Part shown: positions 36,574 through 47,729 of the stretch, in pieces
Numbering within the stretch: the stretch's first letter is position 1
Layout: every line of letters starts with the position of its first letter
From: Octopus bimaculoides
Taxonomy: Eukaryota
Direction of reading: 5' to 3'
Length of the DNA: 47,729 bases
NCBI RefSeq assembly: GCF_001194135.2
Contig: NC_069003.1
Location: 3,991,363-4,039,091, forward strand
Notes under the pieces: model-generated
The model's input: only the letters and a program-made list of their open reading frames with translations
Databases searched by the model: none
Told to the model about the DNA's origin: nothing
Position numbers and translations under genes: made by a program

Positions 36574-37030
36574 AAATTTTCATTCCCAAGTGAGGTATTA
36601 ATAATCCATTGAATCTTCAAAGTTTTTCCAGTTTCTGCATCATTATCATCAACGTAATGATCAAACTGATTAAGGTAGTTTGAAAGAAAAAATATAAAAT
36701 GAATGAAAAAAATATAAATAAACTGAATATTTAACATGATTATCTTGGAGACTTTTTTGCGGTTTCTATTTATAATTTTATAAAATTATTTTATTACAAT
36801 CATTATACTAATTTTATGCGTCTTAGAAAAGAAAATTAAGAGCAATATAATGAACCGCTTTAAGTTTTAGATGGTTTCTTCATTTGTTCTTTACGTTATT
36901 GTTATTGCTATTTAAATCTAGTTTAACACTGAACACGTCTATGATGAATACTCTTCCAGCCGTGGCTATCACGTAATTTTTAATTTTTTTTTTTTTTGGC
37001 ATTTTGTATTTTTCTACTTGTTTCGGTTAT

Positions 37031-37350
37031 TAGGTGCGTGGCTTAGTGTTTAGGCGTATTCGGATCACGATCATCAGGGTGTGAGTTCGATCCCCACCGG
37101 TGCATTGTGTCCTTGAGCAAGGCTCCTTATTTCACGTTGCTTCAGTTCACTCAGCTGGTAAAAACGAGTAGTACCTGTAATTCAATGGGACAGCCTTGTC
37201 CGGCAGTGTGACGCTGAACCTTCCTGAGAACTACGTTAAGGTTTCGCATGTCTGTGAATCACTCAGTAACCTGGACGTCAATTTCACGAGCAGACTCTTC
37301 CGTTGAACGGATCAACTAGAGCACTCATCCGCGTAAACGATGGAGGGCCA
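37031..37350 (+). mobile_element. tRNA-derived SINE, family C, full length
   Basis: A-box TGGCTTAGTG, B-box GAGTTCGATCCC, central tgtgtccttgagcaag...cagttcactcagctgg. Confidence 0.85.
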
Positions 37351-37569
37351 GGTAGGTCAGTTATTAGACGGTGGCCATGCTGAGATAACACCTTGAATTG
37401 TAAAAAAAAAAGTAATGTTTCCTCCTAGATTCATACCGACCTATAAGGGCCGGTTTCCTGGTTTCCCGGTTTCATGGCGTATATACTGTCATTCCTGGAC
37501 GGACACCCGCCTGTTAAAGGATGTGATTCAAACTGCGTATTCATATGTGTCTGTAGGGGTACGTGTTTG

Positions 37570-37614
<45 letters not shown>

Positions 37615-37781
37615 TATNNNNNNNNNNNNNNNNNNNNNNNNNNNNNNNNNNNNNNNNNNNNNNNNNNNNNNNNNNNNNNNNNNNNNNNNNNNNNNNNNNN
37701 NNNNNNNNNNNNNNNNNNNNNNNNNNNNNNNNNNNNNNNNNNNNNNNNNNNNNNNNNNNNNNNNNNNNNNNNTATATATAT

Positions 37782-38072
37782 TACAGGGTGATTCAAAAAT
37801 CGTAATGCATAGGAACAATTTATCTTTTTATAAGAAAAGTTTTTTTTTATTTAACAGGCTCTAAATGGTGACCATTGTTTTGAATACACATTGCAATACG
37901 TTTACCCAACTCATTGTGAACTCGTAATACCACATGTGGTGATACGTGTGCGAATGAGTTGGTGATGCGTTCCTTCAAATGCTTTGTCTTTTATCTTTCC
38001 GCGATACACCATGCTTTTCAAATGCCCCCAAAGATAGAAATCAAGAGGGGTCAGATCAGGGGATTTAGGGGA
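37782..38072 (-). mobile_element. Tc1/mariner transposon right end: TA|CAGGGTGATTCA TIR plus transposase C-terminus
   Basis: Minus strand SPKSPDLTPLDFYLWGHLKSMVYRGKIKD / (frameshift) HLKERITNSFAHVSPHVVLRVHNELGKRIAMCIQNNGHHLEPVK*, stop at 37849-37847. The SPDLTPLDF.LWG motif carries the third catalytic Asp. Confidence 0.88.
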
Positions 38073-38239
38073 TCTTATAAACTGTTCGTTATAAAAGAAT
38101 CATTTTTTCCTATGTCCATGTGCATGTATGTGTAGGCGTGTCTGTCCATAAGTGTATACGCGTGTATGTTTGTACAGAAGAGCGTGTGCACGCATACTTT
38201 TGTAAGAACGTGTATATAAGTGTGTGCCTGTATATATAT

Positions 38240-38314
<75 letters not shown>

Positions 38315-38850
38315 NNNNNNNNNNNNNNNNNNNNNNNNNNNNNNNNNNNNNNNNNNNNNNNNNNNNNNNNNNNNNNNNNNNNNNNNNNNNNNNNNNNNNN
38401 NNNNNNNNNNNNNNNNNNNNNNNNNNNNNNNNNNNNNNNNNNNNNNNNNNNNNNNNNNNNNNNNNNNNNNNNNNNNNNNNNNNNNNNNNNNNNNNNNNNN
38501 NNNNNNNNNNNNNNNNNNNNNNNNNNNNNNNNNNNNNNNNNNNNNNNNNNNNNNNNNNNNNNNNNNNNNNNNNNNNNNNNNNNNNNNNNNNNNNNNNNNN
38601 NNNNNNNNNNNNNNNNNNNNNNNNNNNNNNNNNNNNNNNNNNNNNNNNNNNNNNNNNNNNNNNNNNNNNNNNNNNNNNNNNNNNNNNNNNNNNNNNNNNN
38701 NNNNNNNNNNNNNNNNNNNNNNNNNNNNNNNNNNNNNNNNNNNNNNNNNNNNNNNNNNNNNNNNNNNNNNNNNNNNNNNNNNNNNNNNNNNNNNNNNNNN
38801 NNNNNNNNNNNNNNNNNNNNNNNNNNNNNNNNNNNNNNNNNNNNNNNNNN

Positions 38851-38900
<50 letters not shown>

Positions 38901-38904
<4 letters not shown>

Positions 38905-39240
38905 CGGTGAGAAGCTTGCTTCCCAACCACATGGTCCCAGGTTCAGTTCCACTGCGTGACAACTTGGACACGTGCCTTCTACTATAGCAACCATACGTCA
39001 AAAGCATTATGAGTGGATTTGACAGACGGACACTGAGAGGAGCCCATCATGTGTTTATATGTATGTATACATATGCGTGCGTGCGTGCGTGTGTGCGTGC
39101 GTGTGTGTCTTTGTGCTGTTACCCTACCATCACTTGAAAACCAATGTCGATGTGTTTTCGTGCCCGTATCCAAGCGGGTCGGCAAAAGATATCGATAGAA
39201 TAAGTGCTAGGTTTCCAAAGAATAAGTCCTGGGATCAACT
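38901..39240 (+). mobile_element. SINE family B with internal microsatellite
   Basis: gagaagcttgcttcccaaccacatgg...[TA/GTGC]...gatagaataagtgctagg. Confidence 0.85.
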
Positions 39241-39439
39241 TAAATTAAGATCAGCCTTAAATTAAGAATAGTAATAACAACACGTAATAAATAGCCCTTA
39301 TTGTTGTGTAGCCCATGGTCGCCCACAATGAGGAGACATATGATGGATGGAATGTGTTTTGTATGTGACCATCCCGTATAATTCAATGTCTGCTATTCTT
39401 TTATCCAATAAATCAGTCTTTCATATCTAAAAACAGCAA

Positions 39440-40052
39440 CGTGTGTGAATTAATGTAGATTTGGTTGTTATTTTTAGCAACCCAGAAGACACTGTACAGT
39501 CTTGCTCATTGATTCGCCCGAAACGTTAAATTTCTGAATAGAGGACTATTATATCACGTACATGCTTCCATAGTATATATTCATCTTTGCAGATTAAATA
39601 GCAAAGTAAATGCGATGCAGATTAGGGTTTTGTGGAAATTCTAATCGCAAATTATTGGAAAATTCTTGTAGTAATCATCATCCTTAATGATCTAGATAGT
39701 ATTTCCCTTATAATTATTTTCCAATAAACATTTTTTTTTTATACTTGTCAGTAGAGTATGTGAATTGAGGGGTATTTGGCTGTCATTTCTAGTAATTAAG
39801 GTGATCGTGTAGTGTATTCCTCTCCGCTGCCTCGCTCGTCTACCTCTTTGTTTATATTCTCAGTAAACTACTATTATATCACGTACATGCTTCCATACTG
39901 TGTATTCATGATTTCAGATTAAATTACGTGTGTGCGGTGCGAGTTAGGGTGTAGCGGAAATTTTAATTGCAAACTCGAAAATCAAGCAAAGTATTGGAGA
40001 ATTCTTATAATTCACATTGCAATGATCATCCCTAATGACCTAGATAGTATTT
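39440..40052 (+). repeat. Old tandem duplication with a ~325-bp period
   Basis: Identical 28-mer actattatatcacgtacatgcttccata at 39545 and 39870, with colinear similarity to ctagatagtattt at 39692 and 40040. Confidence 0.85.
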
Positions 40053-40600
40053 AATTAGCTTGTTCTACTACTCATTAGTGCATTACACTCGAATGCGAAG
40101 CGATTTCCTCAGCACTTTCAAAACACTCCTATTAACTGAAGTACACGTATAAAAGAATTTTGATTTAATCTAAGGGAAATTAACGAGGATTCTGCTTGCT
40201 GTAACTACGCGATGTATGCTGTTACGTGATGCCGCGGTGTTCAGAACGTCGATTGATATCTCTATCGTTCGAAGTGTCCGTGCTACAAATCAGATTTCAG
40301 CGAAAAGCTTTATTCGTCAATATTAAAACTCCCGAACAGAATAAACTTTACCTTAATAGCAAAGTTAATGGTGTTTAATAGACACAAGAGAGAAGTTATC
40401 TTTGAAGATATGGTCGGTGCTGATGCGTCTGTGAAGAAGTAGGCACGTTGTAGCTTTCTGTTGCTAGTAGTAATTTCACTACGCAGTCAGGTTGTTCCGG
40501 TTTCGAACGATCTCAACGGCTTCGTGGAACCTTGAGCAAGTATTTCATGTAATGGTTCTTCCGAACAGAATAAAGTGTGAGTTTATTATTAGAAGAAAGC

Positions 40601-40747
40601 AAGTCGGTGAGCTGGCAGAAATGTTAGCACGCCGGGCAAAAATGCTTAGCGGTATTTCGTCTGTCTTTACGTTCTGAGTTCAAATTCCGCCGAGGTCGAC
40701 TTTGCGTTTCATCCTTTCGGGAGTTGATAAATTAAGTACCAGTTGCG
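40601..40747 (+). mobile_element. SINE family A, near-consensus, 3'-truncated before (TA)n
   Basis: gagctggcagaaatgttagcacgccgggc...gagttcaaattccgccgaggtcgactttgc. Confidence 0.9.
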
Positions 40748-40780
40748 TATATATAATAAATATACATAATAAATAATATT

Positions 40781-40857
<77 letters not shown>

Positions 40858-41357
40858 TTAAGAAATGGAGTCAAGCGCAGGTGTTATTCAAGTCATTTAT
40901 ACTTCCAGCATATGTTTCGACAAAAGCATTGAGATTATTCCAGCAGGAATAAAAATGATGTTAAACAATGCAATCATATCCTCAGGGAAAAAAGGAACAA
41001 GACAGATCAATAAGCCGTATTAACCAAATGGGATTACCGCGAATATAATGTAAGGGGAACGCTAGCAAATTATTTTTAAAAAACAAAAATCTTTAGTATA
41101 GTTAACGTCAAAGGTAATTTAGAGAAAGAGAAGGAGGGGAAAGAAAGAAATTAGCAGAAAATTATGAGTGGGAAAATATAGTGTGATAGATGAATGGGAA
41201 TTAAGTTTAAAATCGTGGAAATGGATGTATGTAGTGGAAATGTAGTGTAAGACATAGGTTGAATATTACAGATTGGTCGAAATTACTTAAGGAACTAAAG
41301 GTATGTTTTTGCCAATGTTTACAACGATAAACATGTTCTCTAAATGTGTTTATATAC

Positions 41358-41447
<90 letters not shown>

Positions 41448-41451
41448 GATG

Positions 41452-41606
41452 GACTTACGCACAGTTTCTGCTAATCAAATTCATCCACAATGCATTGATC
41501 GGCTCGAAACTAGTGCCGAAGTCGCTTGTCCAAGATGCCGCGCTATGAGACTGAACCCGTGACCACATGGTTACAAAACGATCTTCGTGACCACACAGCC
41601 AAGCCT
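41452..41606 (-). mobile_element. SINE family B, 5' half
   Basis: gactgaacccgtgaccacatgg...accacacagcca. Confidence 0.75.
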
Positions 41607-42394
41607 TCGTCTTATGCTCGCCATCCTTGCTTTACTCTTTTTTCTCTTTTTTTTTCTTTCTTATTTAATAGGATCAATCTCTCCCTCCTTTCGAAGTCTG
41701 CTGTCCTGCTTAATACACACCTTGTTATAACCATTATTTAGTTTCAGGTCGTTATATCTATTTTATATATTCACTCTATAATTATATCTAATGAAGTGTT
41801 GGCTTGTCTGATTACGGCTCTGTTTGTTATGCAGTACGACATTTTGTTGGTTTATCGTCTGTCTCCAATTTGTCTAAGTGTTTTCACTTCAAATTTTTGT
41901 TTAATCGTGTCTATCATATTTTCTAAGTCGCTAAACGCATTCATTTGTGTTGTTGCCAAGCGTTCTATCCTATTATTATTATTTGGTAGTGTTTCCCGTC
42001 TCTTTACGTTCCTCAGATCAAATGCTGCTCAGGTCAAATTTGCTCTCTAATCTTTTGGAGCCAGTAAAATACGTATTACTCAAATACCAGGGGCTAATCT
42101 AAGTGACTAACTCCTTCCCTCAAAATCGCTGGCCATGCCCCAGAAATTTAGCCATTATATGATACACGAAAAAGATATCTCTAAATTTAGAAGTGTGTTT
42201 GTTGCATCTGTTTGGTTGGGCACTGCCTTTAGTTCAACTTACGTCTACAGGTTCAATGGTTGTACACATTTTCGCTGTTGTAACCTAAGCTCACTGGACT
42301 TTTCGGTTTCTAACAGCATGCACCTCTCTCCATGTGATCAGATCGAGGCTGATTTAGCCTAGAGTTGTGAACAATGAATATTTACTAACCGTAG

Positions 42395-43085
42395 AGGCAG
42401 AGAGCTGGCAGAATCGCTAGCACGCTGGGCGAAATTCTAAGTGGTAGCTCGTCCGTCTTTACGTTCTGAGTTCAAATTCCGCCGTGATCAACTTTGCTTT
42501 TCATCTCCTTCGAGATTGATAAAATGAGTACCAATCAAGCATTAGAGAAGATTTAATCAACCTACCTACTAAACCGGCTAAATTGCTGGCTTTGTGCCAA
42601 AATTTTAAATTAATATTTTACTCAAAGTACAGATTACTTTTTTTGCTTTTATTTATTTACTTTTTTTTTATTTATTCATTTATTTTTGCAGTCAGGGCGA
42701 TCTAAATATTTTCTCAGCAGCTTCTCGGTAGCTCTTGAAGACTGCTTATTCCGAGGCTAAACATAAACATAACATCAATATTAAACGTACAAATAGGTCT
42801 GTCATCAGGTTCCAAGTTCGAATTCCGTTGAAGTCGACTTTGCCTTTCGCGGTCGATAAATCGAATACCAGTTGAGCACTCCTCCCCTGAAATTGAGGGC
42901 CTTGTACCAAATTGTGAAATGAACAGTAAATCTAGATATTTGTACGTCTTCATGATCTGAGTTCAAATTCCGCCGAGGTTGACCTTGCTTTTCGTCCTTT
43001 CGGAGTTGATAAATTAAAAACCAGTTGTGTACAGGGGTCGATTAAATAAGTACCATAGGGATTGGGATCGATGTGTTAGAATTAC
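42395..43085 (+). mobile_element. Cluster of three family A SINE copies (42395-42609, 42810-42918, 42943-43085)
   Basis: Each has the gagttcaaattccg/gttcgaattccg B-box and a gataaa..agtacc-like core. Confidence 0.85.
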
Positions 43086-43954
43086 TCACTGCCAAGATTT
43101 GAAATCGGTTTTAAACCTTGAAGCAGTGTTTTTGAAAACTTCATTCCTATTGTCAGAGAAAATTTTATTGTTTCTTTCATTTTATATTCTTCTCCAAACT
43201 TCCATTTTGTTTTGTCTATTCTTTTATTCATGATCGTTCTTGTTACGAAACTTCTGGTTATTTGAAAGCTTAGAATGTTAATTAAAACCCTAACACATGG
43301 GTAGGTGAAGACAGGAACGTCTACAGGGTTAGAAAATCTAATATCTTCCAGTATTGTCAAATACTTTTGAACGCCTCAGTTGTACCTAGCCTGTGCGAAG
43401 TTAGGCGGACTGAGCCATTATAATTTTAATGTAATTTTCCATGAGGACTGCTGTAATCCTATCTAATTCTGCCATTGTTACAATTTCAATGAAACGAGCC
43501 AGTGAGAAACAGATTAAGGAAGGGAATAAAAGACAAAATAGATAGAAGAGAGAGATAGTGGAATGGACTGAATAGGAGTAAAGCCTAAATAAAATGCATT
43601 CGAATAGCTGTATGGAGCACTGAGAGATAAAAGGGATGATGGAGGGGACGTAGTAATTATAGGTTTTAAATGTTACATCATTTTCCATTAAAGGCAGCAG
43701 CTAAATACGAATGACTGCGCGAATCACTGGAAATGGAATTTGAGAGGTTTATAGCCAAGTTAACGAGACAAACATAATGATAATTGCATCGGAAAGGAAA
43801 GAGATAATTTTTTTCGAGTTATAGCACTGCACAGACGTCAACATTCGTCGGTAACCATCCATTCTTCTTATCTTTCCCCTTCTTCTTCTTATTGTTGTTG
43901 TCGTTGTCATGATTATTGTTATTATCATCATCATTATTGTTATTAATATGGCCG

Positions 43955-44143
43955 TTCTCAAATTTTGGCATAGAGCCAAAAATATCGGAGAGAAAGAAAG
44001 TAGATTACGTCGACCTCATACTTTATCGTTCTCGATAAGACGAACTGCAGCATCAAACTTTCGGAAATTTGAACTCAGTGCATAAAGACAGAAGAATTGC
44101 CACTAAGTTCTTGCCCAGCATTCTCGCCCAGCATGCTCACCTT
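43955..44143 (-). mobile_element. SINE family A, degenerate
   Basis: tcaaattttggca...aatttgaactcagtgcataaagacag. Confidence 0.7.
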
Positions 44144-45676
44144 ATTTTTTTTTTTCAAAACGATAGGGTGTGGTTTGAAGAATACTTGGGTATTGACAGC
44201 GGATGGCTCCAGCTAGAGACACACACTCGTTGGCTCGTTAAGGACAGAAAGATATTTCGCAGCTATTTCTTGCAGGTCGAGCGACCACGTAGAGAGATGA
44301 CAGCGGTAGGATTTGAAATCAGAAAGTAAAACTCCGGAAGAAATGCTGATACGCATTTTTATCAGACGTGGGGAATATAGTTATCAAATATATATTGCAA
44401 TGATATTGAACTGAAGGTGAACTACAGATATTTACGTATTGTAATAGATTTTAGATTGGATAATATTGAAAAAACAAAATTGTCGATTCAATATTTGTGG
44501 TAAGCAAGCAGAAAATTTAGCGAATAAAATATACGAATATTGCGTGACTCCAAATATATAAATACACAACTAATATCTGTAAATAGTGCTGCGTAATCAA
44601 TAACCAAAATACTTTTTTTCAAATAACATGTAATAATATGTAAATTCTGGTTAGAATGAATCTGAGGTTTGTCTGCCGATAACAGTGAAGTTTTGTCTTT
44701 CCAAAGCGGGGTCAATGCCGGTGTTAATGCTAATGGGACAGACATGATTGTAGCATATGTCTCGGGTGGTGCAATATTAGAAATTAGTATACATCTTCGC
44801 TCGCAGATTATTCCTATCTATGACTAGATGAAAAGCACACAAGTGCATATACTCATATACAGGTGCCTATATATGTGTATAGATCAATCGTTGTGTCTGT
44901 CGGTCGATATATTTATAAGCACACACAGACACACACAGACACACACACACATATGCACGTATTTTCTTCTCTTTCTGTTTTTAGTTGTAAAGTAAATTTT
45001 AACGTATGTATGTATAGATGTATTTATTCAAGTGTGTACGTATATGCAGGGAAAAAACAGGACGTCAGACAGTTTGAAGACAGATGTGGATATAAATATA
45101 ATAATTATCTCGATTGCGGCTTCGAAGTTCTACTGTGTTGGGATTCATTCAAATAATGGCCAATTCAAACCGTGATAATTTGAATATATATCTATCTATC
45201 TATCTATCCATCCATCTATCTATGCATATATGTATGTAAGCACGGTGCATATGTGAGTGGGGAGTTGTATGTATGAGGTGAATAAATGTGCGTGTGTGCG
45301 CGTGTGTGTGTAAAACAATAACTGACTGAGACTAGCTATACGGGAACTGCAAAGTTTGGAAAATTTTGATTAAAGCAGGAATATGTGCGCAACAGTTCCA
45401 AGTGTTGGAAAAGTGATGCACCAGCATCAATTTGAGACTAACAACCATAAAAAACAAGAAACACAAACTAATATTATAGACCTCCTTACGAAGGCACGTA
45501 ATATATTGACGATAAACTAGCGATAACAATCATAGAGTTCGCTACACGATCATTGAATTAATATATTCTCTGTAGGAAACACAATTAGTGTTTTCCTATA
45601 TAGATATTAGGGTAAGACCTGTAAAGTTTAAGAGAGGGAGAGGGAGAATGAAGTGAAGTGCTCAAAGGTGGGGAGG

Positions 45677-45709
<33 letters not shown>

Positions 45710-45807
45710 TTTTGGAAGGAAATAACATTTACAGAAAGAGAAATCGTTTGTTCAGAAACTATGCTGTAAAAAGAAATTGACTGACTGACTCAGCAGTTCT
45801 CACACCT

Positions 45808-46230
45808 TAAGAAAAATATTCACCCTCCCTCTCTTTCGCTTAAGAAAAAACATTCATCCTCCCTCTCTTTCTCTCTCTCTCTCTCTTCTCATAGTAATCA
45901 CACACACACTCACTGTCTCTCTTAATCACTCACTGTGTGCGTCTCTCTATCTCTCCGCCCTCTCTCTGTCTCTCTCTCGTCTCATAGTAATCATACGCAC
46001 ACACACACACACACGCACACACTCTCTGTCTCTCACATTCTTTGTGTCTCTTAATCGCTCACTGTCTGTCTCTCCATCTCTCCCCCCCTCTCTCTCTCGT
46101 CTCATAGTAATCACACACACACTCTCCGTCTCTCACTCTCCGTCTCATTCTTTGTCTCACTTAGTCTCACTGTCTGTCTGTCTCTGTCTATCCTCCTCTC
46201 TCTCCCTCTCTCACTTACTCCACAAACAGT
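45808..46230. repeat. CT/CA-rich complex minisatellite
   Basis: CTCATAGTAATCA at 45888, 45981 and 46101. The block taagaaaaa.attca.cctccctctcttt occurs twice at 45808-45870. Confidence 0.8.
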
Positions 46231-46350
46231 ATTAAGCAATGATAACAGTCTTGCAGAGTGTCTTTTCAATTTTCTGCTCTTTGAATTCAAATCTCTTCAC
46301 GCGCAAACGCATCCTTCATCCCTTCGGGGTCGATAAACATATTTCCAGAC

Positions 46351-46519
46351 TCTGTGGTCAAGGAGTTGCCGTTGCAACTGCATGGTTTCTTGATTTCAGT
46401 CCCACCGGACGACACCTTAACAAAAAATATGAAACATTATCTTCTTCTACTGTACCGTAGCAGCAGCCATCGACCGACCTAAGCTTTGTGAGTGAATGTG
46501 ACAGATTGAACTCTCAGTG

Positions 46520-46586
<67 letters not shown>

Positions 46587-46780
46587 CCCTCCCCCCTTCT
46601 CGATACTGGTTTGCTCATGTCCGCGTAACCTACCTCTTTGGCAAAACAGACCGATAGATTAAGTGTCAGATTGCAGACAGAAAGATTAAGTATTCAGATA
46701 GATTTGTTCAATTAAACGCCTCACAGCGGTGCTACAGCATGGCCTTAGTCCAAAGACTGTGATAACTAAATGATAAATGA
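46351..46780 (+). mobile_element. SINE family B, degenerate, with internal (TG)n
   Basis: tgtggtcaaggagttg...ttcagtcccac...[TG]n...ggcaaaacagaccgataga...gcggtgctacagcatggcc. Confidence 0.8.
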
Positions 46781-46789
46781 AAAAGTGTT

Positions 46790-46830
<41 letters not shown>

Positions 46831-47639
46831 TCCCTCTCTGGGTCTAAATCTGCCCTATCATTTCAAATCATGCTGCAGCAAAATTTAAATTCCATTAGTT
46901 CATGGGCGATAAATAAACCACAACTTGAAGAACTGGAGTCGATTCCCCTCTCTCCCCCTCACCGTCTCTCTCTCCCTGTCTGTCGAACCCTCCCTCTCCT
47001 TCAGTCCCTCGCGCCTCCTGTCTTTCCCTCTCACCCTCTCAGCACCTCTCACCCCTTCACTCTCTCTCTCTCTCTCTGTCTATCTCTCAAACACGTACAC
47101 CCACACAATTCAATAAATAGGTGACTGAAGTGGCCCAGAACGATGACAATACAGCGTCATTCACAAGCCAACTGTAGCCCCCACAAAGAAGAAACGCAAC
47201 TGTAGAGATGCAAATCTAAATTTCGAGCTATTTGACCTTACACCTAACATTATCACAGAAATCGGTGGCAAAGATTGATTTTTTTCGATTTAAATAAGAA
47301 TATTTTATGACATTAAACACATTATTGAAAATTTCTCCCAAAAGGAAATATAAACTGCGAAACCGTTTTAATTCTGGGAACAATATTTCTCGATAGGTAG
47401 AATATAATAAGTGTTTTATGGTAGTCTCGTGTTAGGTTGCAAGTGAAATTAATGTAATTGGTACTGACCATTTATTGCGCAGTATGGTGTGTGTGTGTGT
47501 GTGTGTATAATGTATGTGTGTGTGTGTGTGTGTGTACGTGCGTGTTTGTGCATGTGTTTGTATATTGGAGTGAGTGTGTGTAAAGGGTTGTTTTTATTTT
47601 ATCGGCACTTTAGCTGCTCTCAATGTATGTATGTATACA

Positions 47640-47654
47640 TATATGTATGTATAC

Positions 47655-47729
<75 letters not shown>
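47640..47729. repeat. (TA)n microsatellite running to the window end
   Basis: Direct reading. Confidence 0.95.

Noticed and set aside
40900-40960. Minus-strand GAAAC-ATAT-GCT with upstream CTGCTGG
   Set aside because: Cleavage triplet, core and stem II are all wrong, too degenerate to count as a hammerhead.
46860-46930. LQQNLNSISSWA resembling the CR1/L2 RT 'LQ.DL..L..WA' motif
   Set aside because: Only 12 residues between two (CT)n tracts, which is insufficient support.

Overview
AT-rich, microsatellite-saturated eukaryotic DNA from a gapped short-read assembly (7 N-gaps). The repeat families look like those of an octopus/coleoid cephalopod (inference from recalled repeat families, not a database search). 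No host protein-coding exon, rRNA, true tRNA or CRISPR array could be supported, and most listed ORFs are microsatellite artefacts. The window is a transposon graveyard. It holds about 40 copies or fragments of several tRNA-derived SINE families, a Tx1/L1-like LINE 3' relic (1135-1590), a Penelope-like GIY-YIG relic (6675-7262), the 5' end of an R2-superfamily (HERO-like) LINE (14041-14823), Tc1/mariner transposase pieces (36248-36325, 37782-38072) and a mariner MITE. The main unexpected signal is a set of minimal type-I hammerhead ribozyme motifs with palindromic stem III. One is apparently intact (22315-22362), one near-intact (4176-4210, minus strand) and about six are decayed or half copies. 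One half copy sits inside a 178-bp, 3-mismatch foldback at 12406-12785. Coordinates were read by hand and repeat boundaries are approximate.
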